From the NCBI RefSeq assembly GCF_006345805.1, contig NC_043010.1:59334001-59398000 (forward strand): a DNA stretch of 64,000 nucleotides. Reading direction: 5' to 3'. Shown one piece after another: positions 1 to 12,920 of the stretch. The stretch comes from Octopus sinensis (Eukaryota). Both the position numbers and the translations under genes were made by a program. Below the pieces are notes generated by a model. That model was given only the letters and a program-made list of their open reading frames with translations, did not search any database and was not told the origin of the DNA. Each line of letters begins with the position of its first letter. Position 1 is the first letter of the stretch.

Positions 1-545
1 AACAGTTGTTTAGTATGAACTCACACAGTGGTGCTTTATCCTTCTCCAGACAAGTTTATCTAAATGATGCTGGAAGTTATGAGCTGGTGTTTGTTGTGAA
101 GGACAGTGGTAGTCCAGTTCAGTCGTCAACAACTAGTGTCACTTTGGTATTGGCTGTTAGTAACGAGACATCACCAATGTCGAAAAGTGGACCTTTACAA
201 TCTTCAGGTCGGGTCCATATGACATGGGTTATTATCATTGTATCATCAGCAGTAATAATATCAGTGGCTATTGTTGTTTCTATAACGCTGTGTATTATGA
301 AATGTATTAAACACAGAGATAACACAGCTGCTGCCACAAAGAATACAGCCTACCAAGGTAGAGCAGAGATGAAACAATTGTTGTACCAGACTAACACTTC
401 TGTTGCTATGTCGAGGAATGCAGAAGAGATGGTGAAGCGGAATATCTATTCTGAGAGATCCAAGAGTGAATGTTATGCAGAAGGTCAGCTACAGAACAAA
501 TATGAATCTTCAGTTCAAAGCAGAACCCTTCCTAAACCATCTTCA
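1..545 (+). CDS. Pcdh: Protocadherin unit A, 3' part of large exon (EC6 end, TM, proximal cytoplasmic tail); truncated by window start
   Basis: ORF 6..608 matches the C-terminal part of the 805-aa ORF (YELVFVVKDSGSP, TM WVIIIVSSAVIISVAIVVSITLCIM). Phase-0 donor TCA|GTAAGA at 546. Confidence 0.9.
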
Positions 546-584
546 GTAAGATTTCAATTGTTAATAATCTCTTATCCTTTTACT

Positions 585-782
585 CTTTTACTTGTTTTAG
601 TCATGTGACTGTGGCCATGCTGGAGCACCGCCTTTAGTCCAGGAAATCAATCCCAGGACTTATTCTTTGTAAGCCTAGTACTTATTCTATTGGTCTCTTT
701 TGCTGAACTGCTAAATTACAGGGACATAAATACACCAGCATCAGTTGTCAAATGATGTTGGGGGACAAACACAGACATAGAA

Positions 783-817
<35 letters not shown>

Positions 818-976
818 CGACAGGCTTCTTTCAGTTTCCATTTACCAAATGCACTTACAAGGCTTTGATCAGTCCAAGGCTATAGTAGAAGACACTTGCC
901 CAAGGTGCCACGCAGTGGGACTGAATCCAGAACCATGTGGTTCATAAGCAAGCTACTTACCACACAGCCACTCCTA
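585..976 (-). mobile_element. tRNA-derived SINE, family 1, with internal TA microsatellite
   Basis: Near-identical copies at 33615-34007, 40677-41028, 41286-41660 and 58312-58500. The minus-strand head has A/B-box-like TGGCTGTGTGGTAAG and GGATTCAGTCCC. Confidence 0.8.
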
Positions 977-1166
977 TGCCTATAATCATTAAATTTATTT
1001 AAATATTACTCCTTTCAAATTCCTTTTTGCCCTCGTGCAATTCATATTCATTATTTTAATGCCATGTAAGGAATTAGCAGATGTTCTCTGTTTTACCAAA
1101 AATTTAATTTTTCTTTAATTTTGATTGTGTTAAAACTAATTTTTCTTTTTTTTTTTTTGTGAACAG

Positions 1167-1311
1167 AAATACAGCGAACCAGTTGTGGCAACATCGAATG
1201 ATGATGCTGTGGAAGATACATCTGTTGTTTCGAACTATCCAACTAACACCTTGTCGAGTCAGACTAGCAGTCGTACTAAACATTATGAAGAGATACCAGT
1301 AACCTCCTCAG
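1167..1311 (+). CDS. Pcdh: Protocadherin unit A cytoplasmic exon 2 (KYSEPVVATSNDDAVE...KHYEEIPVTSS)
   Basis: Poly-T tract plus ACAG acceptor ending 1166, in frame with the large exon. Phase-1 donor G|GTAGGA at 1312. Paralogous exon at 20856-21018. Confidence 0.88.
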
Positions 1312-1449
1312 GTAGGAAAGAAATCCCCAGATTTGAAATTGAATTTAAACAATTAAGCAAAATAAACATGTATTAATGTATAGCTGTTCATAATTCATCA
1401 TAAAAATGATGTCTTCTAAATGAAAACACAAAGCATCTTATTCAACTTC

Positions 1450-1800
1450 TGTTGGATTACCTTTTTGAGCTCCATGTGTTTAACACACGTGGACATGTCT
1501 GCAAAGTCAGAAAACAGCACAGCTCCCATGACATTCAGAAACATTTTTTCACACTCAGAATTGCTGAAGCATGGAACAAACTACCTGCTTTAGCTGTTAG
1601 TTGTCGAGACATTCTATCCTTTAAAACCTCCATGCTTCCTGAAATTCACCAGCACTACACCTGATATCCCCCCTCCATACACATATATATCATGACTCAT
1701 ACACTGTTCACTTACTTTGACATTTATACATAATTCTATGTACTGTATATACACCTTTGATAAGTTGTAGTACACCTGAGCACTATACACAATAATTTCC
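1450..1800 (+). mobile_element. CR1-like LINE 3' fragment
   Basis: ORF 1452..1664 has NTRGH...K...HFFTLRIAEAWNKLP...V...SFK, the typical CR1-clade ORF2 C-terminus. Confidence 0.65.
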
Positions 1801-2351
1801 TTTTTAATCATTATTATTATTATCATTATTGAGTGAGAGAGCAGTGCATGCCATCAAAGTGACACTGGGGTACAAATATAAGAAGCCCAATATACTCATC
1901 ATGACTACCCATCTGATAAGGGTACACTAGGCACAACCATATGTGCACGACATGATGATCTCATATCAAGATAAACAGCGCATGACCTTGCAGGTGGGGC
2001 CCAATTAGAATTTTCTTCTGGTCAAGTAGCCCATCCTGCTCGAAAGGTCCCTGAATAAGGTTTGTTTAAGGATGTTGAACAAACCACTCATTTTCCAAAG
2101 GTGAATTATCCAAACCTCCAAGAATTCCTCTCAACACATGGCTATGATGCTCCCCCACTACTTCTGCTTGTGGTCAGAGATGCACATATCAGCCACTAAG
2201 GGACATGCTCAACTGGTTACGGTCAAACAACTGACAAGCAAATCTGTGGCATTGAGCAGAATATTTGCTGTAGCCCATCTTTTATACCAAGACAAAACAA
2301 TGTACATGATGACACCTCCAATCAGTTAAGATCAGAAGCCAGGAGAGCCAC

Positions 2352-2391
<40 letters not shown>

Positions 2392-2683
2392 GAACCTTCC
2401 CTTCTAACCTAATCACATGACATTTTGCTTGAAATATAATGTTTAATTATTATTATAAACTATATAGGCATGGCTTTTTAGTTAAGAAATTTGCTTTGTT
2501 AACACATGTTTCTAGGTTCAATCCAACTACTTGACACCTTGGGCAAGTGTCTTCTACCAAAGACTTGAGTTGACCAATATCTTGTCAGTGGAATATGGTG
2601 GACAGAAACATGTCAAAATATTCAAACTTCATTTTGCAATGAATTTTTATGTTTTTCATTTGTTTTCTTCTTTTTTTTTCCAG

Positions 2684-2763
2684 GAAATGATACATATAAA
2701 AACAGTATAACGTCAACACTAAACAGAAATCAGGATCAAGAGACCTACCCTAAACACGTGTGA
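2684..2763 (+). CDS. Pcdh: Protocadherin unit A terminal exon (GNDTYKNSITSTLNRNQDQETYPKHV*)
   Basis: Poly-T CCAG acceptor ending 2683, phase 1, TGA at 2761-2763. Same 26-codon length and motifs as exon 22233-22312. Confidence 0.85.
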
Positions 2764-3679
2764 CATGCGATAGTTAATACAACTTGTTTTTCTTTTAGTT
2801 TTAATGCATACAATATCACATTATAGAAAGACATTCTACTTATAATAATAGATTTTACTCAAATTGTGATTATACAGCTACACATGATATTTCATACTGA
2901 TTACATTCTCTATAGCTTCTCTCCTTCCTTTGTCACTGAAAAATAATTGGTTGAAAGTTCTTAAGCAAAATTTGTTCAAAATGATGATACTCGTAAATTA
3001 TATATTATTTGATGTGAACACTTACTGAAGTAATTTTGTGTAAGACTGTTACTATTCTCTCTGACAGAATGGGATAGAGAAAATGTATTATCATACTTGT
3101 CAAAGTGACCCAAGTTTTAGAATTGAAAGTAAGCAATTTCCCCTTTAGAAAGCAGAAACATAATCTACAACTTTTATAGCTCACTAAATGAAATAGAGAA
3201 AAATGACTTATGAATCTAAACTAATTTAAAAAACAATTAAAATTTCATATGTCAAGTTCAGGCAAATATTGAAATAATATATATTTAATCTTATTAAAGC
3301 ATTTGGAAAAGTGCCATGCAGTATTTCTTCCAACTCTCTACATAGTGAGTTCAAATCCTGCCAAGGTCATCATTGCTTTTCTTCCCTTCTGGGTTGATAA
3401 CATACCAATGAAACCCTGGAATTGATGTAATTGATTCATCCATTCTCTTCAAATTTGCTGGCTTTGTACCTAAATTACAAACTCACGAGATAACTCCCCA
3501 TTATTATTTTGTAATTTAAAGCTTGTTTGAATATCAGTTGTTCTCATTTATTACTTAGAACTATTGTTTTCCCTTTTACTGGTAAAACTATTAAACTTTT
3601 CTACTAATTCACAATTGATGATTTTCAACCAACATTCCATGTGTCCATCATTTGTGATATAATCCCATATGATCACACA

Positions 3680-3929
3680 CACACATACACAAGAGAGTGA
3701 AGTTAATATACAATTCCTGGTGGATAATTGAAACAGCCTGCAATCCATACAAGTGTGTATTGGGACATACCTAATTGCCTTGTATAACAACATTGATCCA
3801 CCACTTCATCAACCTTACAGCCATTGTCACACTACTACAGCAACAATTACAATGGATTTTCTTACTGCAGCGGATGTGAAGTCTTTGGATTTTACAACAA
3901 TGGATTTTACAATTATTGTCAATGTAAGT
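3680..3929 (+). promoter_or_regulatory. Putative promoter and non-coding first exon of unit B
   Basis: CA repeat, a motif shared with 14311-14341, and donor AAT|GTAAGT at 3924. Lies about 1 kb after the end of unit A. Confidence 0.5.
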
Positions 3930-4065
3930 CTTGTTAAAATATCTTATGAAAATGTTTTTATTGCATTGTTTGGTTTATGTAAAGTGTATAGTTACATACA
4001 TTTTGTAATGTTGTGCTCATACACATTTGCACAAATGTACAAAACCAAGGGCCTTGTCAAATGTA

Positions 4066-5303
4066 CAGGGTGTGCTGTAAAGAACTCCCAATTGAGTTTT
4101 AGTTATAATTTTTAGTAAAAGGCATAAAAACAGATGGGTTCTTTAGGATTTGATTAAAAATGGTCAGGTAACATATTAAGATATGTTTAATTCAGTATGT
4201 CTACCTTTAACCTTTGCAATTGCTTGAAAACGACCAAGAACAGAGTTACAGGAACGCCAGGTGACTTCTTCACTTAAATGATACCATGACATGACTAAGG
4301 CTTTCTTCAGAGTGGTGCTATTTTTGTAGAAATCTCTTGAAATGTTACTTTCTAGAATGGACCAAATAGCAAAGTCCATTGGGTGAATGTCTAGGCTGGC
4401 ATTCTTGTCGCAAAACCTGCTGAAATGGTTCCTGCACCACTTTTGTGTCACATTGGATGTATAAGAAAGAGCGCCGTTTGCATGAAGATGTAATCATCTC
4501 TAAATGTTTCGGTCACTCATGGCAACACATTATCCTCCATTTTCATGTAAAGTGCTAAATTGACCTTTGTCCCCTCTTTAATGAACACCAGAGGAGATTT
4601 TCCACCTTCGGATGATACTACCACCCAAACCACCACTCTGGCAGGTTTCATTTGGTGAAACACCTTACTAGCACTTTCAGGAACAACATCTGACCTCGTG
4701 GCCAAAATCTTGTCATTTTGGGTGTTCGCTACTGCCTCAATGGTGAATATCTTTTATCCGACCGGATGAAGATATTGTCAATGGTGCTCTGAATCTCTGC
4801 CATTTTCTTACACCTGTCCAGTTACTTTGCTCTAGAGGTGGCTGAAATTAGGTATCGACATAGCAATTCTAATGACTTACAATTTAAGTCTTTGTGCACA
4901 ACCCATTGCATGGTTGTCTGGGAGATATCGAGACTTTTAGCTATTGGCCTCATGCTCTGTTGGGAATTTCATAACACTCTCTTTTAGACAAGATCCACCA
5001 ATTGATTCATCGTTATGGATCCAGGAATGGGTTTACTGTACGTTGAACCTGTCTCATTGTAGTGTTTCATGACATTATAGATTGTTTTGGGATCAACCTC
5101 AACCCTTGAAGCCATGACTTTAGTGCCCTGCCCTGTTTTTTTTCAGAGCTACAATCTCACTTCACTTGTTAACTGTCATTTTGAAACATTTTACTAAACA
5201 AACTGTGCAGTGTACACGAACAACTGAATGTTGAGGAGTGCATTTTAATCATTTTTGTGCAATATCAAACTAAACTTCCGGGAATTCTTCACAGTGCTCC
5301 CTG
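4066..5303 (-). mobile_element. Degenerate Tc1/mariner-superfamily transposon (maT/DD37D-like)
   Basis: TA flanks on both sides. Imperfect 24-bp TIRs (CAGGGTGTGCTGTAAAGAACTCCC vs CAGGGAGCACTGTGAAGAATTCCC). Broken transposase pieces VVVWVVVSSEGGKSPLVFIKEGTKVN and SLDIHPMDFAIWSILE. Confidence 0.85.
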
Positions 5304-5339
5304 TATATACTTTTCCTTATTAAATGTCATTATTATAAT

Positions 5340-6200
5340 TTTACATCACTTTTTTCCATGCTCAGTATTTTGTCATATCTTTCATTAGGTCCAACTTGAA
5401 ATCAGCTTTCACCTCTTCTTTCCATGTTTCCCTCCATCTTCCTCTTCCACAGATTCCTTTCATTTGAATCATGTGGCACTTTTTTCTTTTTATCAAACTG
5501 TAATCCATGATATTCATCACATGTCCATACCAGCTTGTTCTCTTCTTTGCATACTATTACATCATATGAAATTTCTACCAACTTCTTTTCTGCATATTAA
5601 GCATAGCCACTTCCCAAATGCTAGAAGAGTCCTGTCTTCTTTCTGGCAAACCAAAACTTTTATCTTTGATTGGTTTACTTTGATGCATCTCATTTCAAGG
5701 CTTTGTTTCCATGTTTGGAATTTCTTCTCTGAATCTTCAACAGATTCAGCTAAGAAAACACGATAATTAGGTTACAAGTTCCACTGACAACTCTTATGAT
5801 TTGGTGAATTAAATAAACACAAGAGAGATGAGGATCAAGCCATGATGGACATTTAACTGCATGTTAAATTACTCACTGAGCTCATTATCATCTTGTTGGT
5901 TTCTCTGTACGTAGCCTGCATTGCTCTCACAAACCTGTGATTCCCACCACCCTCTTTTTTGCTTTTGCTTTTTGTAGCAAGCACCAAACAACAGTGAGGA
6001 ACTCTTCAAAGTTTTTCTCCAGATTCATGAATGCTAATCATAGGGGTGTTCTAAGAATTGTGTGTAGCTCTCTCACTAAAAAGAGAGCATCAGTAATGCT
6101 GTGTCAATTTCAAACTGCATTTCATCAAGCTAATTTTCTTCCCAATTAGTTGTGTTTTAGCTCTTTCATAATTACTTTCTAATTACTTTGATAACATAGT
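5340..6200 (-). mobile_element. Highly decayed RTE-type LINE fragment
   Basis: Minus strand resembles the RT region of the neighbouring element (ITDALFLVR-ELH motif near 6070-6100, and the WYGHVM region near 5520). Confidence 0.5.
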
Positions 6201-6259
6201 TCATATGTTTGATGTTTGCATAGTTGTTTCATTCTAGTCCACCACTTGTAACAGATGTT

Positions 6260-6645
6260 ACCATCATCGTTTAATGTCCGTTTTTCCATGCTGGCTGGGA
6301 TTGGACGGTTTGACTGGGGACTGGTGAACCAGATGGCTGCACCAGGCTCCAGTCTGATCTGGCAATGTTTCTACAGCTGGATGCCATTCCTAATTCCAAC
6401 CACTCCAAGAGTGTAGTGGGTGCTTTCTACATTCCACCGGCACGGGTACCAGTTACACAACGCCAGTGTTGGCCATGACTGGATCTCACTTGGTTTGACA
6501 GATCTTCTCAAGCACAGCATATCACCTGATGTTCAAAGGGTGCTTTTTACCTGCCACCAGCACAGGTGCCAGTTATGCGACACTGGCATCGGCCATGACT
6601 ATGATTTCATTTGGCTTTCCAGGTCTTCCTTCACAAGCACAGCAT
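6260..6645. mobile_element. SINE family 2 / RTE-tail-associated repeat with (CAT)n end
   Basis: The block CATCATCGTTTAAYGTCCG...TTTCTACAGCTGGATGCC recurs at 21172-21343, 24355-24850, 39130-39415, 62060-62200 and 62766-63115. Confidence 0.75.
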
Positions 6646-6649
6646 ATCA

Positions 6650-9250
6650 CCAATGGTCTCAGTCACTTGTCATTGTCTCCTTGAGGCCCAATGTTCAAAG
6701 AACATGCTTCACCACCTCATTCCATGTCTTCCTGGGTCTACCTCTTTCACAGGTTCCTTCAACCATTAGAGTGCGGCACTTCTTCACACAGCTGTCCTTG
6801 TCCATATGCATCACATGACCATACCAGCACAGTCGCACCTCTTGCACACCACATCTGATGCTCAACTTTTCTCTCAAGATGCTTACACACTGTTATGCAA
6901 GCAAACTGACATTGCACATCCAACAGAGCACACTAGCTTCATTTCTTTCAAGCCTATGTATGTCCTCAGTGGTCATAGTCTATGTTTCACTGCTGTGTAG
7001 CTTGATTGTTTGCACACTGGTACCATACAGTGTACCTTTCACTCTGAGTGAGAGGCCCTTTGTTTCCAACAGAGGTAGGAGCACTCTGAACTTTGCCCAA
7101 CCTATTCTTATTCTAGCAGCTATGCTCTTGGAGTATCCACCCCTGCTACTGACCTGGTCACCTAGGTAATGGAAGCTATCAGCTACTTGTAGTTTTTTCC
7201 CTGGCATTTGACAGAGTCTATTTTCCATACATTTTTAATGTTAATTGTACCTGTTCACCTTCTTCCTTGTTATCGTTCCTCTGATATTGCTGTGCCTCTT
7301 ATGTGTCCATAGGGGTACAGCTTATGGAGTTGCTGCCTATACCTTTTCTATATATCAAACAGGACCATCTACCTGAAGGGATTTCTGATTCGTCTGCTTC
7401 CCTATTTACTAAGACTTTGGGTTTTACTAGATTACCTCTAAGGCCTTTTGATTATAGACCTTGCTTCCACACCTGAAATTTCTTCTCTAATTCTGGTAGT
7501 GTTTCAGCTATAAGAACATAGTCGTCAGCAAAGAGGAGCTCCCAGGGGCAGCCCATCTTAAATTCCTTTTGTTATTGCCTGGAGGACTAAGATGAACAAG
7601 AGGGGGCTGAAGATTGATCTTTGGTGAACCCCTACTTGTACCCTGAATTCATTGCTATACTCATTGCTAACCTTCGCCTTACTGATAGCATCCCTGTACA
7701 TGGCTTGTACAGATCTCACCAACCACTCATCTATCCCTAGCTTCCACATTGACCACCAGAGGGACTCTGTCAAAGGCTTTCTCCATGGCAACAAAAGCCA
7801 GATACAGAGGATTATTTCTGGCTAAATATTTCTCCTGTAGTTGCCTCCCCAGGAATATATATGTGCTCTTGCCTGGCACAAATCCGAACTACATCTCATT
7901 TACACTAACCCTCTTCCTAATTAATTGAACTATAACCTTTTCTGTGACTTTCATCACCTGGTCCAGCAATGTGATGCTTCTGTAATTATCTGTGTCTAAG
8001 GCATCACCTTTGCTTTTGTAGTAGTTGACTATAATGCTGCTACAACAATTATTACATATGACTCCCTCGTGGATAACCTGATTAACTATACAGGTGACTA
8101 GGTTGTATCCTACTCTGATAGATATTTTAATCACCTCAGCAGTGATTCCTGATGGGCCAGGGGCTTTCCCTGTTTTCATATCCTTAATTGCTTTATCTAC
8201 CAAGCTACTGTTGATTTGGATAGCTGGTCCCCCAGTTGGGTCATCATTTGGCATATGCTCCTTTTCCCATTCATTCTCCATTCTCCACATTTAGCAGCCT
8301 TTCATAATAACATTTCCAAGCCTCTTTCTTTGCAAATGCACCATCATCTATGCAAATACATTTCCCTCATACCACAGTACGATTTTCTCTCACACGCTTC
8401 AAGTCTCTGGCCCTCACATCACAGAAGATGGGCTAATTTCTTTTCTACTTTTCCTTTGGCTAGATATACCGGTCTCCTAGCTTCCATTCTGGCTATCTTC
8501 TGCAATTCTCTGCTACCCCCAATCTACTACTCCTTCCAGGCCTGTCTCTTTGCTCTGGTAGCCTTGTCAGCAACATTATTCCACCACCACATCACCCTAG
8601 GTCTGGTTGAGACTTTGCACCAGCTACAGATTTGGTCTTTGGCACTCAGCAAGCTGTCTCACAGGAATTCCCAGTTACCCCCTATGATACAAGTCAGTAG
8701 TTCCTCCTCCTTCTCATCAAATTTCTAAATTAGAGTGTCCCTAAATCTCTGACCATATAAGGGATCCTTAAGCTTCCAAATCCTTCTTTTCTAGATTGGT
8801 CTGCTTCTTGGCATCCTTCTGGCTTGAAGATTAAAGTCACTAATGACTATTCTATGCTGGTGGGTACATTCTTCACCAGGGAAGGTCTTTGCATTCATGA
8901 GCAACCATGTATCTCGCTGTCTGATGAGAATGTAATCAATCTGGCCAGCATGGTCACTCAGTTAATAGGTTATCAAGTGGCTGGCAGGCTTCCTCTAGTT
9001 GGTGTTGCAGATCAATAGGTTATTTGCATCACAAAGCTCCAGTAGCCTTGTTCCCTCTCTTTATTTTGGGAACCAATTCCCTGGCCCCCATGTACACCAT
9101 GGAAGATACCTGGCTGCTGCCCACTATGCCCATTGAAATTCCCAGCCATGGAGATGAGATCATTGTCATTCATCTTTGAGGTAGCGTACAGAAGAATACC
9201 ATAAAAGTAGTCCTTTTGTTCATTTGGTGGTGGGGTGGGGCTAGGCAAAC
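6650..9250 (-). mobile_element. RTE-clade LINE, frameshifted endonuclease-RT ORF
   Basis: Minus-strand ORF pieces AGNFNGH (EN), KAPGPSGIT...KGDALDTDNYRSITLLDQVMKV, KLGIDEWLVR...VGVHQRSIFSPLLF, FHYLGD...RIRIGWAKF and RLCWYGHVM...RGRPRKTW. Confidence 0.9.
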
Positions 9251-10769
9251 ACCAGTGTTACATAGTGAGTCATGGGCAGAGAGTGCAGAGGACATACAAA
9301 GCCGAGAGAAGAATGAAGTGTATACGCTCCATTAGTCATGCAATGTCAGTGTGTGTGTGAGTGTGTGACAAAGTGCTGATGTATTGTGAGAAAAATCGGG
9401 CACAAGTGGATTTAGATGTAGTGTGCAGAAGAGAAAACTAGTGATTTAGTCATGGGATGCATATAAATGAGGTCTGCTGGTTAAAAAAGTGCTTGTCACT
9501 TATAATGGATGGAAGTTCACTTATTATGGATGGAGGTTCAGGAAGACATGAGGCAAAGCAATAAAGGCTGATCTTAAGATGCTAAGCCTTAAAGAGGAGA
9601 GGACTAAGAACTGAGATGATTGACCACTTACTGTGCTTGAGAGGACCCATTCAACACAGCAAAAACAATGTCCTAAAACTGCCTTATGTTTCTACAAATG
9701 GGGACCAGCCCCTCCTTTGTCTCTTCCACATCAAATATTCCCAACATCTCATCCCCTAATATCTATCACTCTTCTATCTATAGTACCACTCAGCAACTGT
9801 AATCACCTGAGGGTAAAATCAACATATATTACATTCCCTCTCCTCTTTCTTTGTGTTTTCAGTGACCTTCCCCTCCTTCTTAACCCCTGAAACCATTTTC
9901 ATTTCTCGTTATTATCCCTACCCCCACTATTCCCACCAGTCACCTTCTTTCTGTACCTTTAGTCATTGCCATATTCCATCTTCAACATCTCTTACATATG
10001 CTATCATTCATAATGCATTCTCATATCCAGCATTGCCAGCTCACCACAGACCTCTTATATATATCTCTATCTCCTTCCCAACTGCTCCTACACTTTGTTC
10101 ATTATTCCATTATTTTCTGATCTATTCCCCTTCCAATACCTGTATCTCCCACCCTTATCCCTCTCCATACTGGTGTTTCCCATCAACCCACTCACACCCT
10201 TGTCACTCATTCACTATATTCACCTGCATCTCTAACCATTTGTTACTCTTGCCCACTGTTATGAAACTTTCACCTGGGCCAGTTCCTCTTTCACACTTTA
10301 ATCTCTCTACACATGGCATCAAAGCCACTGCCCCCTTCCCCCACTCTTGAATATTCTCCTCTCTCCATTTAGGCTTCTCCCTGTTTCCTATTCTTGTCTT
10401 GTTTTGCAAGTTATTGGGTGACCTCACTCGTGCCAGTTGCATCAAATAAGCACCCTATACTTATTTGTAAAGTGGTTGGTATTAAGAAGGGCATCTAGCT
10501 GTAGAAACCTTATTACGACTGACACCACAGCTCATTGTGGCTCTGCATCTCATCCAATCCTGTCAAACTGTCCAACCCATCCCAACAGAAAAATGAACTT
10601 TCAATTACGATATTTTCTGTTGGTAAATTTCTTAAGCAACAGTAGTGGGCTGTAGGAGATAAAGGGGGGTGTTGCATAAGAGTGTAAGGGGAGATGGCTA
10701 GAGATGGATGCAAAGATGACTGTAGCAAGTTGTAGTGAAAAATGTAGGAGCGACTCAGAATGTTACGGT

Positions 10770-12920
10770 AGGTTAAAACAAAATTCTTTAATGAATATCA
10801 TTATGGTTCTTGTTGAAGAAATAACTTTGAGGGATTGATATGGTGAAGGAATAAATCTTCCATTCCAGTATATAGAGATGTAGGACTGAGGAAGTCTTTA
10901 AATGAATATCATTTAGCAAAGAGGTTTGATCAGATATAATCAATAAAAATCATTGTGGAGTGGAAATTAGAGAGAGACCTTGAAAACAGATATGGTAAAA
11001 TTTCTGCTGAAGTTAGAACAGCCGTACCAAAACAAATTGAAGACATGAATGATGACAATTAGCCTCCCTTATTCAAAATATTTATTGTGCATCACTGGAG
11101 GGAACATACGACAAGATGAAACCAGTTATTACAGTGATAGCATCTGGCTCAAATGCAGGAGAAAACAGCAAAATAACATTATATTGCAAATCCTAAAACA
11201 TCATATATAAAATTAAAGCACTTTAAATTAAATGAAAAATTGGAGTACTAATAAGCAGATATCAATGTGTGGCTGAAAATAAATTGTGAATTATATGTGA
11301 AGCCAGAGTTGAAAGCAATATTCTCTTTGTAGACACTGTTCTGGTTCATATAATGAATGAAAAAAACGGTTCTCTAACTATTGATATAGACTTTATTCCT
11401 ACTCCAAATAACGATATAACTACTATTTCTGAAGATATCAAAGTTGGTAGTTTCAGTGACCATCACATAAGCAATGAAACTACCAACTTTGATATCTTCA
11501 GAAATAGTAGTTATGTCATTTGGAGTAGAAATAAAGTCTATATCAATAGTTAGAGGACCGTTTGTGTCCAACGGGTGAACTGTCATATCAAAGATGACAC
11601 ATTCAAAGTACAGTCAATGGGATCAAAGGAATATAAAATAGTTCTAAAAAAGCAGTGGTAATGGTAAACAGTTGTTTAGTATGAACTCACACAGTGGTGC
11701 TTTATCCTTCTCCAGACAAGTTTATCTAAATGATACTGGAAGTTATGAGCTGGTGTTTGTTGTGAAGGACATTGGTAGTCCAGTTCAGTCGTCAACAACT
11801 AGTGTCACTTTGGTATTGGCTGTTAGTAACGAGACATTACCAATGTCGAAGAGTGGACCTTTACAATCTTCAGGTCGGGTCCATATGACATGGGTTATTA
11901 TCATTGTATCATCAGCAGTAATAATATCAGTGGCTATTGTTGTTTCTATAACGCTGTGTATTATGAAATGTATTAAACACAGAGATAACACAGCTGCTGC
12001 CACAAAGAATACAGCCTACCAAGGTAGAGCAGAGATGAAACAATTGTTGTACCAGACTAACACTTCTGTTGCTATGTCGAGGAATGCAGAAGAGATGGTG
12101 AAGCGGAATATCTATTCAAACATAACCTTTCCTAAATCTTTAGTAAGATTTTATTTAATTTTTATTGTTTTATTTATTTTAATTTATTAAACACTATTTA
12201 TAGACATGTATAACAATTCATTGACATTGTATAATTGAAGTTTACATTTAATTTAGCTGTGATCCTTAATTAGCAAATCTAGTTCAATAATGACAATTTA
12301 TTATCTTGATTGAAATTATGTTCTAAGTTCTATCATATTTCTTTTCGATTAGAAATATTCAACCAGTCGGTCACATCTAACAATGATAGTTTGGACGACT
12401 GCTCAACTCTGTGAAATTTCTGACCCAACACAGTATCAATTCAAGAACATAGTGAAATAGGAAAAGATACAAAACATGAAGAAATACCTGGAGTATCAGG
12501 TAAAATTTAATTTCCTTAACAAAGATTTAAGGAATAAAGCTTTATGCTATTAATTTTGCTTATCCATTTGTATTTATCTTATTGATTATTCTTTGAAACT
12601 TTTCAGAAATATTTGTATTTCTTAATTTTAAATATGGATATGGAGCAGCAGTAAGGAGAACGAAATTCAATCATCTGATTCTTCGTTTTCTTAAATAATT
12701 TACATTTTAACCAATGTTCTTTGTTTTAGACAGATTTTATAGCACAATCATTGGGATAAGATAGCTAACTGTTTTGAAAATGTTTTTCTCTAAATTTCTC
12801 TGTATTAAATCACTTTATACTCTCTGTTTTAGGAGATAACACATACCAAAACCAATGCAGAAACTACATTACAAAATCACTATCTCCCCCCCCCAAAAAA
12901 AAAAATTATTTGAAACATAT
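10770..12920 (+). pseudogene. Pcdh: Protocadherin unit B pseudogene
   Basis: Decayed EC2-EC4 remnants, an internal fold-back, and a ~575-bp deletion at ~11660. Near-identical EC6-TM block 11667-12117, donor at 12143. Frameshifted exon 2 at 12353-12499 (ends HEEIPGVS) and terminal exon from 12833 (GDNTYQN...YLKH). No recognisable signal peptide or EC1. Confidence 0.88.

Noticed and set aside
119-337. Antisense ORF repeated in all four units
   Set aside because: Its conservation follows from the nucleotide identity of the sense exon.
546-608. Hydrophobic C-terminal extension of ORF 6..608, and similar ends of ORFs 11672, 18328 and 29466
   Set aside because: These are read-through past conserved GTAAG donors into intron or SINE sequence, not a second TM segment.
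2752-2763. PDZ-binding C-terminus (KHV*)
   Set aside because: There is no S/T or hydrophobic residue at -2, and unit C ends KHT.
9633-10445. Pro/Ser/His-rich ORFs
   Set aside because: This is CT-rich sequence next to the RTE 5' end with no recognisable domain, probably element-derived.
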